In this document: positions 12,413 to 25,100 of the stretch, in pieces | How positions within the stretch are numbered: position 1 is the first letter of the stretch | Layout of the letters: each line of letters opens with the position of its first letter | Source of the DNA: Haliotis rubra | Taxonomy: Eukaryota | DNA: 64,000 nt | Assembly: GCF_003918875.1 (NCBI RefSeq) | Contig: NW_025766981.1 | Location: forward strand, 682,001-746,000 | Direction of reading: 5' to 3' | The notes under the pieces: model-generated | What the model was told of the DNA's origin: nothing | Seen by the model: only the letters and a program-made list of their open reading frames with translations | Database searches by the model: none | Position numbers and translations under genes: made by a program

Positions 12413-13354
12413 AATGTAAGGTAAGCAAGTGTGTCACTGAACATGATGAGATTACACCTCCACAGTCAGTAAGGGAAGCTTAGTGGTTAAAGCGTTCGCT
12501 AGTCACTCCGACGATACATGATACAGTGTGGGAAGCCCATATCTGGTGTCTGAGGCTGTGATATTTCTGAAATATCATATAACGGCGCAAAACCATATTC
12601 ATCCCTTGTTTGATTGGCATTCTAGAAGTTAGAATATTGGAATATTGCTGAGTGTGGAGTTAAACTCAACTCACACATATACTACTTGTTGTCCGATGTC
12701 TTTTACTGTCCTTGGTTTATTCAGTGACATCGCAGTTTATGCGAACTATCATGCCGGCAGTGGCCCCTGTTTAAACAGTGCGAGTGTAAAGATAATGATG
12801 GTCAAGGTCAAGTATTCACTGGGCAGATAAAGCACTGACATGAGTCATATGATGCTGCAGACTTCCTCTGTGTATAATCAATGTCATTATCTGGTGTCAT
12901 TATCTCATAGTAGCTTGAATGTCCAGCATGCAATTCAAGCAATATAAAAAGGCAGTATCTCCAGGTATAAATTATTATCATTCATTTATTTTCGATCCAG
13001 CTGAATCTGTTCCTAGTTGATAAACAAAGCAAAACATAATTTCTAGCTAATTATGAGCAGCAAACCACAATTATACTGAATATCTTAGAAATATATTCAG
13101 GTTATAAACCAAAATTACAAGGCATTATACAATTAATACTCAAGATAAGATTTGTTCATTGCATATGCCAGCAACACGTTACTCTTACGTGTTTATCATG
13201 TACACTGTATCAGTATATCACATGACCATCATATCATATATGTTACGTCAATCAGGATTGCGCCATTAAATGCACTGCGCATGTATCAGGGCAGTTTTCT
13301 GGGATAAGGTGACGCAAAGTAGGCCACAGTCTCCTGGCTGAACACGAGACAAAC

Positions 13355-16300
13355 ATGGAGTCCACACCGCCTCTTGAAAACAAGGCTAAAGAAGAGAAGT
13401 CTAAGCTAGGAAATCTAATCAAGGTCAACATTGTGTTTCTTGTTTACCAGCTGTCTGTCAATGTCCATGATCCAGTGTTAACACAATACCTTTACCAGAG
13501 GTACTCGGACGAGGTGTTCGGCAACAGCACAAAGTCAGCCAGTACTGCTAATCAAACGTCCAAGTGTTACGTCAATGAGTCGGATCCAGGATACCTGTTA
13601 CAGGAAAGGGTTCAGGTTCTTACTTCCAACTGTCAGACAATACTCACAGCTATCGGAAACTCTACAGCGTTAATTAGCTGTATGTTCTTGGGGGCGTATT
13701 CTGATTTTCTTGGTCGACGATTTCTCTTCATATTACCTTTAGTCGGCCAGATTCTGAAGAATGTATTGACGATATTTGTTATTTACTGGATTCTGGATCT
13801 GAAATACCTGTACGTTAGCGAGGTGATTGAAGGTGTTTCGGGAGGATATAATGGTGTGATTCTGGCTACCTATGCCTACACGGCTGACAACACACCACCT
13901 AAGAACTCACGGACAGTTGGCATCGCTGTGCTAGATTTTACCACCTACCTAGCAGCCGCAGTTTCCGAAGTTATTACTGGATACTTCATCAAATACCTAG
14001 GTTACCTCTACCCGTCCATAACTACGACTTCGCTAATGCTTCTGTCACTAATTCTTGTCGTTGTTCTTCTTCCTGAAACTATCAACAAAGACAGAAGATC
14101 CCAGTACCCATCTCCGGTGAAGGCGGTGAAAAATGTTTTTGGATTCTACTTTTCAAAAGATTTTGGACAAACAAGAAGTCTTTTCTGGCTTTCGCTGACA
14201 GCGTATTTCATAACATATTTTAGTTTGAGTGGTGTCTTTTTTCTGGAGTATCTTTTCCAGCTGAACCTGCCATTCTGTTGGGGACCAGAGCTCATCGGCT
14301 ATTTCAATATGGCGTTGGCCCTTTCCAGACAAATTCTTGGGATTCCAGTCATCAAACTACTTCATTTATGCACCTCAGACGCAGGACTATGTATCATAAC
14401 ATCTGTCATACTGGCCGTATCCTACGTCCTAAATGGTGTGGCCAACACTGACGTCATGCTCTTCCTGTGTAAGTTATTCTACATCTTCAGAAGACTTGTT
14501 TATATAAATACTGTTTAGTCTTTGCGGTTGAGTAAAGTGGATTGTTTTGTTGCAGGTGTTTTGCCCAGTGGTATTGCAGCTCCTTTGTTGCCAGCACTGC
14601 GGGCTATCATGTCACGGATGGCCCCTCCTGAAATGCAGGGTGAGTATGCAGGTATATTTTGATGGAATGAGTGAGTGAGTGAGTGAGTTAATGTTTAACG
14701 TCACATCGGCAATATTTCAGCCATATTGTGATGACAAAAAGTTATGTACTAAGAATAGACATATGTATACTTATTTAAAAACCTGCCAGCGAAGGACAGT
14801 ATAACGACTAGAATGTCACAAATCGATTAAAATTAGTTTGAGTTCAGTGTAAAATGTTAAATCATTTCAAAACAACACAATATAAAATCGGGCTATAGAT
14901 CGCCAACAACTGAAGGTAGATCACCATACTAGGGACCATGGGGACTTACAGTACAATTGCTTCCTGCATGGGACCTAGCTGGATTTACACCATCCCCTCA
15001 GCCGCTGGTGATGGAAGGGAAACTTAGCCATAAATATAAAATAACAAATAGTCTACGTTTAACATTTTGATGGACATGTCAGGCCTGCAAACAGAATGAA
15101 AACATGGATGATCGTAGATAGATATGGATGGACATTGACACGAATGCAATCAGAGATATAACAATAGAGGGTCCCATGATATCAATATTCAAATAGATAT
15201 TACAGATTTAAACAATCGGGCGAAATGCCTATGATAATAATTAAGAGAACGTTGTAATCAAATTTACATACATAACGCAATTTTCACAATTATTAGAAAC
15301 CTTTATTTACGATCTTAATTATATCCTCAACTCATGGCCATGATGAAATAGACTTGATAACGTGTCCATGGTGATGTGAGCTTTCCTATCTCAGTGGTGA
15401 CACGCTTTACAACGCCAACCACATGCTTTCCAAAATGCAAAGGAGAGCCACACGTTCATCTTTTGTACAAAGCTGGTATGAGAGGCATAAGTAAACTAAC
15501 AATTTAGTCTTTGAGAAGCATAACTAGACTAACATTTTATTCTCTGAAATGAGTGAGTGAGTTTGGTTTTAAGCCGCTTTTAGCAATATTTCAGCAACAT
15601 AACGTTCTGACACCAGAAATGGACTTCACACATTGTACACATGTGGGGAATCGAACCCGGGTGTTTGGCGTGGCGAGCGAACGCTTTAACCACTAAGCTA
15701 CCCCACAACCCCGACGGTAACATGTAAACGATAAGGTGAGCTTATCTTCCTCTAATAGTGAACATTCATTTCAGGATCACTGTTTGCCGGTATCGGACTT
15801 GTGAACATCATCTCATCGGGTACTGGGATGATAATTTTCAACGAGATGTATAATGCCACTGTGAAGATGCTCCGTGGATTTGTCTTCTTCGCCGGTGCGG
15901 GATGCCAACTGTTGTGTGCAGTTATCATAGTGTGAGTACAGGTCTTGTTGCGAGTATTGAACATTCAGGACGTCCATAGATAACCCGACTAATTGATAGT
16001 CTCCCTATCTATTTCAGTATCTTTGTATGTTTACATTTCATGGATAGGATTGTATTGTATACGAAAGACTAAAACTGCTAGTTTTGCAGCATACATATTT
16101 TCTCATTGATTAGTTTCTCATTGCTTCGATTATTTCAAATTTCTTTCAACAACCTGAAAATCTGTGTATTTTCTCGCTGCTTCTAATATTTTCTCGATGT
16201 TCTTAAATGTTTTAGTATTTTCTCGTTATTTCGTTCATTTTTGCGAGATTTTCAGTATTTACGTTACTTGAAATGACAAGAAAATATTCAAAACTTGAAG

Positions 16301-16611
16301 TAACCAGAAATAGATAGAAGTAACGAGAAATTCCGCTGAAACAACAATAGTGGCAGCATTAGGCTTGTGTAGTATGTTTATTTGGTATATTTCCACACAA
16401 AAAATGGTAAGGACCATCTTCATCTCGCATACAGTGTCAGTGTATGTACCAGCTGAGATGTTTGCAAGAGGTTACTGTTAGATGTCACATCGTGCAAATG
16501 AAAAAAAATGAGATATTAAGTAAATACATATTTATGTATTGCAGAGTGTTCTTGTGTATCTCCCGCCGCAGGAGTGTAACTGATACCTCCACTTTTGGCC
16601 TCAATGACTGA
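13355..16611 (+). CDS. SLC46A3-like: SLC46-family (PCFT/SLC46A3-like) proton-coupled MFS transporter copy 2; join(13355-14468,14556-14639,15775-15931,16545-16611), 473 aa
   Basis: Open frame across GT-AG introns; DxxGRR motif (GAYSDFLGRR), glycosylated first loop (NST/NQT/NES) with Cys, PFCW Cys, IAVLDF; internal 84- and 157-nt exons as in SLC46A1. Confidence 0.9.
14667..15063 (-). mobile_element. Retroposon family C (SINE or LINE 3' end) with TSD attttgatgga
   Basis: 11-bp TSD, (tcac)n tail; empty site in copy 1 (~5315); same family on + at ~1119-1393 and ~3070-3400. Confidence 0.8.
15550..15711 (-). mobile_element. SINE family A (chimeric, see findings)
   Basis: Left half matches 24452-24614, right half matches 25530-25688. 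Confidence 0.8.
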
Positions 16612-16666
16612 ACGCCAGGCCTCATCATCTACCAACACAAGTCTGTCACCGACACGACCATGTGGC

Positions 16667-17063
16667 TGTCACGCGACTCGCGTGCCGGGGGGTGTTATGC
16701 AACACGGCCGTAAGTGCCTGCACAATTGTATATTCAGCTAATCTAGTTGAGCCGTCCGTCCCCTGTTGTTACTTTTCGCTTGTTATGCATTGTACCCTCT
16801 TGTAGAGGAGTTTACTAGCTTTTTGTATATGTTACTCCCGTCACTGTTTCTGATTTTATAAGGGAGATATAAGCGTTTATACCGCTCCCACCTTTATGTA
16901 TACCCCTTATTTTATCAGGGTTTTTGTTAACTACAAAATTGTACAAACTATTGTCTCAATATCCACCTATATCTGATTGTAGTAGAGTTGTGTGACTGTG
17001 GTGTAAATATTGCCTTTTTGCAACTTGTACTTGTACTCTCCCAACTTGGAGGATAAATAAAGA

Positions 17064-17095
<32 letters not shown>

Positions 17096-19424
17096 CCCTC
17101 GCGTCAGGTATGTCCTCTGCGACGTCCGCGCGGTCTCGTTATAGCTGGACGTGGCCAGTTATCCGACACACCTTGGGAAAGTTAGACTGCTTTGTGCATG
17201 TCGGCCTACTACCAGTTGTCAATTGCCGCATCGTGGGGACCGAACATGGGAGCTCAAGACTGGCTTTGGTGATGGTATATCTTGTTCTCGTCTGTTTGTC
17301 CTTTTGATCACTTTGGGTGTTAAATGTTTATTGGACCGATACTCTCCCTGTAAGTGGCGGTAGTTACGGTGGAGAAATCAATAACACGGAAGGCCTCTGA
17401 CAGGGAATTAAGGGCAACAATGGAGTGTGTTAATTGAATCACAACACCTAGCTGATTGCAATTAGACAAGGGGCAATTAAGCAAGCTGGATACAGGTGTA
17501 TTAATTTCATTAGCCCGCACAAAGCTAGACTGAACGCTGGGTTGTTGTTTTTGGCAGCACGGGCCAAGTCGGGCTGAACTGAGACTAACACTTTTGATTG
17601 AGGCTATGTTGTGAATGGAGAGAGAGAGAAAATGGCTTCACTTTAACGAACCAGTTGTCTTTACAAGTGGCATTTGATAACATTACAAAGTGATATTTAG
17701 GTAGATATAATACTAATCAATGGATTTAAACACAAATAATGATACATGTGTGGGGTTTAGCCCGGGCCAAGGCGGACCGAACGCTTGTGATACAGTGTCT
17801 TTGTTGAGAATATATAGAAAAGAGAGCTTCACTTTCAGCAACGTTTTCACTTCAAATACTACACTTTGAGACTCTGTGAAGTGATATGTAGGTAGATATA
17901 ATACTAATCTATGGATATAAACACATTTCAAGATACATGTGTGAGGTTTAAGTTGTTTTTGACAGCACGGGCCAAGTCGGGCCGAACAGAGACTAACACT
18001 TTTATTGAGGCTATGTTGTGAATGGAGAGAGAAAAGGGCTTCACTTAAACGAACCAGTTATCTTTACATGTGGCATTTTGTAACATCACACATTGATATT
18101 TAGGTAGATATAATTCTAATCTATGGATTTAAACACAAATCAGAATACATGTGTGGGGTTTAGCCCGGGCCAAGGCGGACCGAACGCTTGTGATACAGTG
18201 TCTTTGTTGAGAATATATAGAAAAGAGAGCTTCACTTTCAACAACGTTTTCGCTTCAAATACTACGCTTTGAGACTCTGTGAAGTGATATGTAGGTAGAT
18301 ATAATACTAATCTATGGATATAAACACATTTCAAGATACATGTGTGAGGTTTAAGTTGTTTTTGACAGCACGGGCCAAGTCGGGCCGAACAGAGACTAAA
18401 CACTTTTGATTGAGGATTTTGTTTTCCGAGGACTTTTTTTCCTAAAATCGTTGGGAATGGAGAGAGAAAAGGGCTTCAATTTTACTTTACTTTATGAAGT
18501 GGTATTTAGGTAGATATGATACCATTTTGTGTTTCATGTGTATTAGTAAATATAAGCATATGCATACGCGCTGGCTATTTGATTTGGGCTGGTATTGTTT
18601 ACAATGAAAACACTTAAGAATTTTTTGTGTGTGAATGCATACCTTGTTTGATCCTTTATAACATATTACAAAAGGTTGTGATGTAAAAGATTTCTTTTAA
18701 TATACATAACCATGTCATATTTGCCCATTGACACTCGCCAATATCCACTTCTCTTTAACATAAACATCCTGTGCTGATTCAGCATGAGACAATAAAGGTT
18801 AATTAGGGAACCCCAATATCTTAATTAAGGAAAGAAAAGCAGTCAAAACACTGTCACTTCCTGCCCAGGACCCCAGGATGTCACACGCCAAGAGAAGTAA
18901 GCAACCTTCCCACATAGACATATCAAGGAAAACACATAACAACAAGACGGTGTCTTTTCTATGGGAATCTCGGTATGTAGTCATTGTTGTTGTGTGTTTT
19001 TTCATCGTTAACCATACATTTCAATCAAACTATGCATTTGTGAAGGCAGGAAGTGTATCTACCCAAATGTGCAGATTTCGTTTTAATATTCTGCAATCCA
19101 TTCTTAGTATTACCCGGTGGCCGGGCCCGGCCCGACTTTTCTTGGCCCGACTTTTAGGCCATCCTCTTATTATCCCCCACTCATTAGGTGTCACCAGTCA
19201 ATATATGGTCTGATCCCTGAGCTAGTCTATTAAGGCGAGTTTACTTAGCTAGTTAGCTTGTTTCTAGCGGCTCTGTTGTTGTGATTGAGGTGCAAGCTCA
19301 TTCATGCTTGAGCAGGTACTTAGCTTTAATAAATGGTTGTATCCAACAATCGGGTTGTGTATTTGCTTACTATTCTGGATCATTTTCCGTCCAGTCTCCC
19401 TGGACGGTAGTTGGCGCCGTGACA
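16667..19424. mobile_element. Solo-LTR-like element (TGTCAC...GTGACA, 5-bp TSD GTGGC) with ~1.8 kb extra internal sequence, in the 3' UTR of copy 2
   Basis: TG...CA inverted termini, TSD at 16662-16666 and 19425-19429; empty site in copy 1 (~6781). Confidence 0.75.
17543..18520. repeat. ~410-bp tandem repeat (about 2.3 units) inside the LTR-like element
   Basis: Unit starts gtttttg(a/g)cagcacgggccaagtcggg at ~17547, ~17955 and ~18358. Confidence 0.8.
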
Positions 19425-19973
19425 GTGGCGTCCGTTGTTGATGTTGTCGTCAAGGAACGAGGATGATACTGAGTTATTACTCTTGAAATGAACATAACTG
19501 CCAGGAAACGTTTTATATATTTATCATCAAAGCTTTAATCCATTATGAGATTTGTAGGGAAGGATGATCGGTGCTTTCGGGAGTATCAGTTTTAATTGTA
19601 GTTTGGCTATAGAGTGTGTCTAGTGTGGATCGGAGATGCTTGTAAAACTTGAAACAGGCAAAAATGATAATTTTGACATAGGTAACACAGAGACTCTATC
19701 TATCATAACTCTAGGAAAATGAGAAAGAGAATCATCCAAACCAACTCAATGTCAATAGCATGAGGATTACAATGGCTTCTGGAAAGGCATGAGCAGTCTG
19801 CTTGAACAGAGATACTTTCACTTTCACAAACATGGTGGCAATAAATCAACAAATTTTGAAGACAAAACTATGACGTCATGCTCTTCCTGTGTATTACCTA
19901 TTCTGTTAGGAATATCTCACGTGTGCGAAATGTGTAACTCCACCGGATGACACACACAAGTGATTTCAGGCTA

Positions 19974-20099
19974 GGGGCGATGGGGTAGCCTAGTGGTTAA
20001 AGCGATCGCTCGTCACGTCGAAACCCATTTTTGGTGTCCTCCGCCGGGCTATTGCTAGAATATTGCTAAAAGCGGCGTAAAACCATACTCACTCACTCA
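19974..20099 (+). mobile_element. SINE family A
   Basis: Internally deleted paralog of 30753-30915. Confidence 0.75.
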
Positions 20100-20227
20100 T
20101 TTCAGGACATTGAGCCATCCGATATTAACCAACATATACAACAGAAAAGGAGAATAAAACAAGATCCTGATTCACGGGGATGCTGAAAGAACGTGCATTT
20201 GAATCAGGATGCCGGTGTTGCAGCATG

Positions 20228-21042
20228 TGTAAGTGTAATGGTCGACGGGGTGGCTGGAGAGGTATGTACTACGACAATGTGGGTATGTGATCACTCTCTT
20301 CCAGTCACGGCAACACAACAGTTTTATCTAGTAAATGATTACACAAGTCATTAAAAGTTACCAACAGCAAAATTTATTATATACAATAGCAAACTTCTAA
20401 CAGTAAAGACAATATGCAATCACGTCGCCCAAAGCGTTACTCTACAAGTTATAAGGTACAGTACAATTATATATAGTTACAACAGTAGAAAGATTTTACA
20501 TGCGCTTCATTGAGTAGAGTGCCTCCGGCAAGCCGGGTGTAAACTTACAGGTTATTCATGGTTTTCTTCCCTACAATGGAGATGCAACCATCCAACTCTC
20601 AGTGATTCGTCTCTCTCTTTCAACCGTTAATCGAAGAAATTTCTCATCTCCGTTATTTCTATTGTGACGTAAAATCCTAGATACGAAACCTTCTAAAACA
20701 CCTCGCTATGACGTCACAACATGGCGGCGCCCATGTCGAGACGTAGCTTACCTGAGGCAGCACAAGTCAACACCAAAGTCGCTACATACATTACGCCACA
20801 TCAGGTAGACTGATGGAACGAGGTGAAGAGAAGGCTTGGATCTGTTTTACATACTAATTCCAACGGTATGAGCTCTCGTAATCTAAAGATCACGGTAAAC
20901 TATATGTTGCAGTGCACTGGCACGGAACAACACTACATGGACAGTGTAACTGATACCGCGGGAATAAGTATACCCAAAATACGTCATAAGTAGTAAAGAT
21001 ATCTATATAGGGTAATTATTATCGATTACCCTGTACATTACA
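20228..21042. mobile_element. ~815-bp insertion with TGTAA...TTACA termini (possible solo LTR)
   Basis: Absent at the paralogous sites (~31040, ~39322); no clean TSD. Confidence 0.5.
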
Positions 21043-22198
21043 TAAGCGATTCGATGTGGAGCTTTGGAGTCACATACCCTACCCTGTATACGAACAGACA
21101 GACAGACAGATTATTTATTAAAGTTACCCCTGTTATACATATATACAAACTAATTAAACATATATTTACATAAGGGCCATTCCATACGGAATTATGAGAG
21201 ACTAAAATTCTTTAAAAATTGCATGTACATGTATTATGAATAACAATAATTAAAAGTTATATTGGGCACAATGTGTTAAGCCCATTTCCGGTGTCCCCCG
21301 CCGTGATATTGCTGGAATATTGCTAAAAGCGGCGTAAAACTAAACTCAGTCAGTCAGTCAGTCAGTAAAAGTTATATAATACGGATTTTGGTGTATTTAG
21401 TAGGATAATATTGCATATTGTGTTCCAGCCATCCTATGCACAACATTCAAAGAGATTCATACGCAACTGATGGAGGAAGTTCAGGGCCCCTGCACCAACA
21501 GGAATGGCCAGGCGGTACCACACTTTGCACATAAGGACTTCGGCATTGTCTTATTTAATTAATTAAGAACTTGTTTTATAAATGGGAAATGTAAGGAGAA
21601 ACACTAAAGTGTTGTCCCATAATATTTCTATTTTCCTAATATCTTAGTCGACCAGCCTTCATAAATACAACAACTTTACTTTTATCAATATTTATTTTCA
21701 ATTTCCACTTGTTACAATACGAAACTAGCTTGTCTAGCCTCTTTTGCAGACTTATAACTGTAAAGTCAAAAAGAGCAATATCATCAGCAAACAATAGGAT
21801 GAACAGCTCAACTAAGTCTAGATTGATACCCCTCTGACCATCAGCAGATAGACAATCCTAGTTGATAAACAAAGCAAAACATAATTTCTATCTAATTATG
21901 AGCAGCAAACCACAATTATACTGAATATCTTAGAAATATATTCAGGTTACAAACCAAAATTACAAGGCATTCTACAATTATTACTCAAGATAAGATTTGT
22001 TCATTGCATATGCCAGCAACACGTTACCCTTACGTGTTTATCATGTACACTGTATCAGTATATCACATGGCCATCATATCATATATGTTACGTCAATCAG
22101 GATTACGCCATTAAATGCACTGCGCATGTATCATTTTATTTTACTGGGACAGGTGACGCAAAGTAGGCCACAATCTCCTGGCTGAACACGAGACAAAC

Positions 22199-25100
22199 AT
22201 GGAGTCCACACCGCTTCTTGAAAACAAGGCTAAAGAAGAGAAGTCTAAGCTAGGAAATCTACTCAAGGCCAACATTGTGTTTCTTGTTTACCAGCTGTCT
22301 ATCAATGTCCATGATCCAGTGTTAACACAATACCTTTACCAGAGGTACTCCGAGGAGGTGTTCGGCAACAGCACAAAGTCAGCCAGTACTGCTAATCAAA
22401 CGTCCAAGTGTTACGTCAATGAGTCGGATCCAGGATACCTGTTACAGGAAAGGGTTCAGGTTCTTACTTCCAACTGTCAGACAATACTCACAGCTATCGG
22501 AAACTCTACAGCGTTAATTAGCTGTATGTTCTTGGGGGCGTATTCTGATTTTCTTGGTCGACGATTTCTCTTCATATTACCTTTAGTCGGCCAGATTCTG
22601 AAGAATGTATTGACGATATTTGTTATTTACTGGAATCTAGATCTGAAATACCTGTACGTTAGCGAGGTGATTGAAGGTGTTTCGGGAGGATATAATGGTG
22701 TGATTCTGGCTACCTATGCCTACACGGCTGACAACACACCACCTAAGAACTCACGGACAGTTGGCATTGCTGTGCTAGATTTCACCACCTACCTAGCAGC
22801 CGCAGTTTCCCAAGTGATTACTGGATACTTCATCAAATACCTAGGTTACCTCTACCCGTCCATAACTACGACTTCGCTAATGCTTCTGTCACTAATTCTT
22901 GTCGTTGTTCTTCTTCCTGAAACTATCAACAAAGATAGAAGATCCCAGTACCCATCTCCGGTGAAGGCGGTGAAAAATGTTTTTGGATTCTACTTTTCAA
23001 AAGATTTTGGACAAACAAGAAGTCTTTTCTGGCTTTCGCTGACAGCGTATTTCATAACATATTTTAGTTTGAGTGGTGTCTTTTTTCTGGAGTATCTTTT
23101 CCAGCTGAACCTGCCATTCTGTTGGGGACCAGAGCTCATCGGCTATTTCAATATGGCGTTGGCCCTTTCCAGACAAATTCTTGGGATTCCAGTCATCAAA
23201 CTACTTCATTTATGCACCTCCGACCCAGGACTATGTATCATAACATCTGTCATACTGGCCGTATCCTACGTCCTAAATGGTGTGGCCAACACTGACGTCA
23301 TGCTCTTCCTGTGTAAGTTATTCTACATCTTCAGAAGACTTGTATATATTAATACTGTTTAGTCTTTGCGGTTGAGTAAAGTGGATTGTTTTGTTGCAGG
23401 TGTTTTGCCCAGTGGTATTGCAGCTCCTTTGTTGCCAGCACTGCGGGCTATCATGTCACGGATGGCCCCTCCTGAAATGCAGGGTGAGTATGCAGGTATA
23501 TTTTGATGGAATGAGTGAGTGAGTGAGTTAATATTTAACGTCACATCGGCAATATTTCAGCCATATTGTGACGACAAAACGTTATGTACTAAGAATAGAC
23601 ATATGTATACTTATTTAAAAACCTGCCAGCGAAGGACAGTATAACGACTAGAATGTCACAAATCGATTAAAACTAGTTTGAGTTCAGTGTAAAATGTTAA
23701 ATCATTTCAAAACAACACAATATAAAATCGGGCTATAGATCGCCAACAACTGAAGGTAGATCACCATACTAGGGACCATGGGGACTTACAGTACAATTGC
23801 TTCCTGCATGGGACCTAGCTGGATTTACACCATCCCCTCAGCCGCTGGTGATGGAAGGGAAACTTAGCCATAAACATAAAATAACAAATAGTCTACGTTT
23901 AACATTTTGATGGACATGTCAGACATGCAAACAGAATGAAAACATGGATCATCGTAGATAGATATGGATGGACATTGACACGAGTGCAATCAGAGACATA
24001 ACAATAGAGGGTCCCATGATATCAATATTCAAATAGATATTACAGATTTAAACAATCGGGCGAAATGCCTATGATAATAATTAAGAGAACGTTGTAATCA
24101 AATTTACATACATAACGCAATTTTCACAATTATGAGAAACCTTCATTTACAAGCTTGGAAATGTCTTGGAAAGATGATGCTTCCAAGACATTTCCAATTT
24201 TGGAAAGATGGTGTTTCCAAGACATTTATTTACGATCTTAATTATATCCTCAACTCATGGCCATGATGAAACAGACTTGATAACGTGTCAATGGTGATGT
24301 GAGCTTTCCTATCTCAGTGGTGACATGCTTTCCAAAATGCAAAGGAGAGCCACACGTTCATCTTTTGTACAAAGCTGGTATGAGAGGCTTAACTAGACTA
24401 ACATTTTAGTCTTTGAGAAGCATAACTAGACTAACATTTTAGTCTCTGAAATGAGTGAGTGAGTTTGGTTTTACACCGCTTTTTGCAATATTCCAGCAAC
24501 ATAACGTTCTGACACCAGAAATGGGCTTCACACATTGTTCCCATGTGGGAAATTGAACCCGGTTCTTCAGCATGACGAGCGAACGATTCAACCACTAGAC
24601 TATCCCACCGCCCCTTCTCTGAAATGAACATATTTTACAGAAAAACGGTTCATAAATAATAATCATAACATATAAGAGAAAGGAGCCCTGAAGCTTTCTC
24701 CATTATCAGAAACCATGGTAATCAAGACTTGCCACATATTCTAGACTTGCATGGGATTCCTTGCATATATTTGTTTCAGGGTCTGTATGGCAGACTAAGG
24801 TATAACCATCAATGTGATCAGCACACAGCGAGAATCTTCAACTGGTTTATAGGAAATAAAGTAAACTGTTCCTTTTCTGGAGCTTTACTTAATAAATCTA
24901 CAGATCATCAGACTATAACTTTATTATCTCATTTAGGTGTCCATGAACCATTTCCATGGTCTGAAAGCCACAACGTCTCCAATTAACCGTGATTACAAAC
25001 ATATGCACTTCCATAAAAATAAATATATAGAATGTCCAATGACATCTTTGAGTTCAATACAAAACATCCAAATGCACTTGTATGACGTTCCATATTTATT

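Noticed and set aside
14469-14518. Single-exon 380-387 aa proteins in the ORF track (tails such as KLFYIFRRLVYINTV)
   Set aside because: The tails are intron read-through past a conserved gtaag donor; downstream exons complete the MFS fold.
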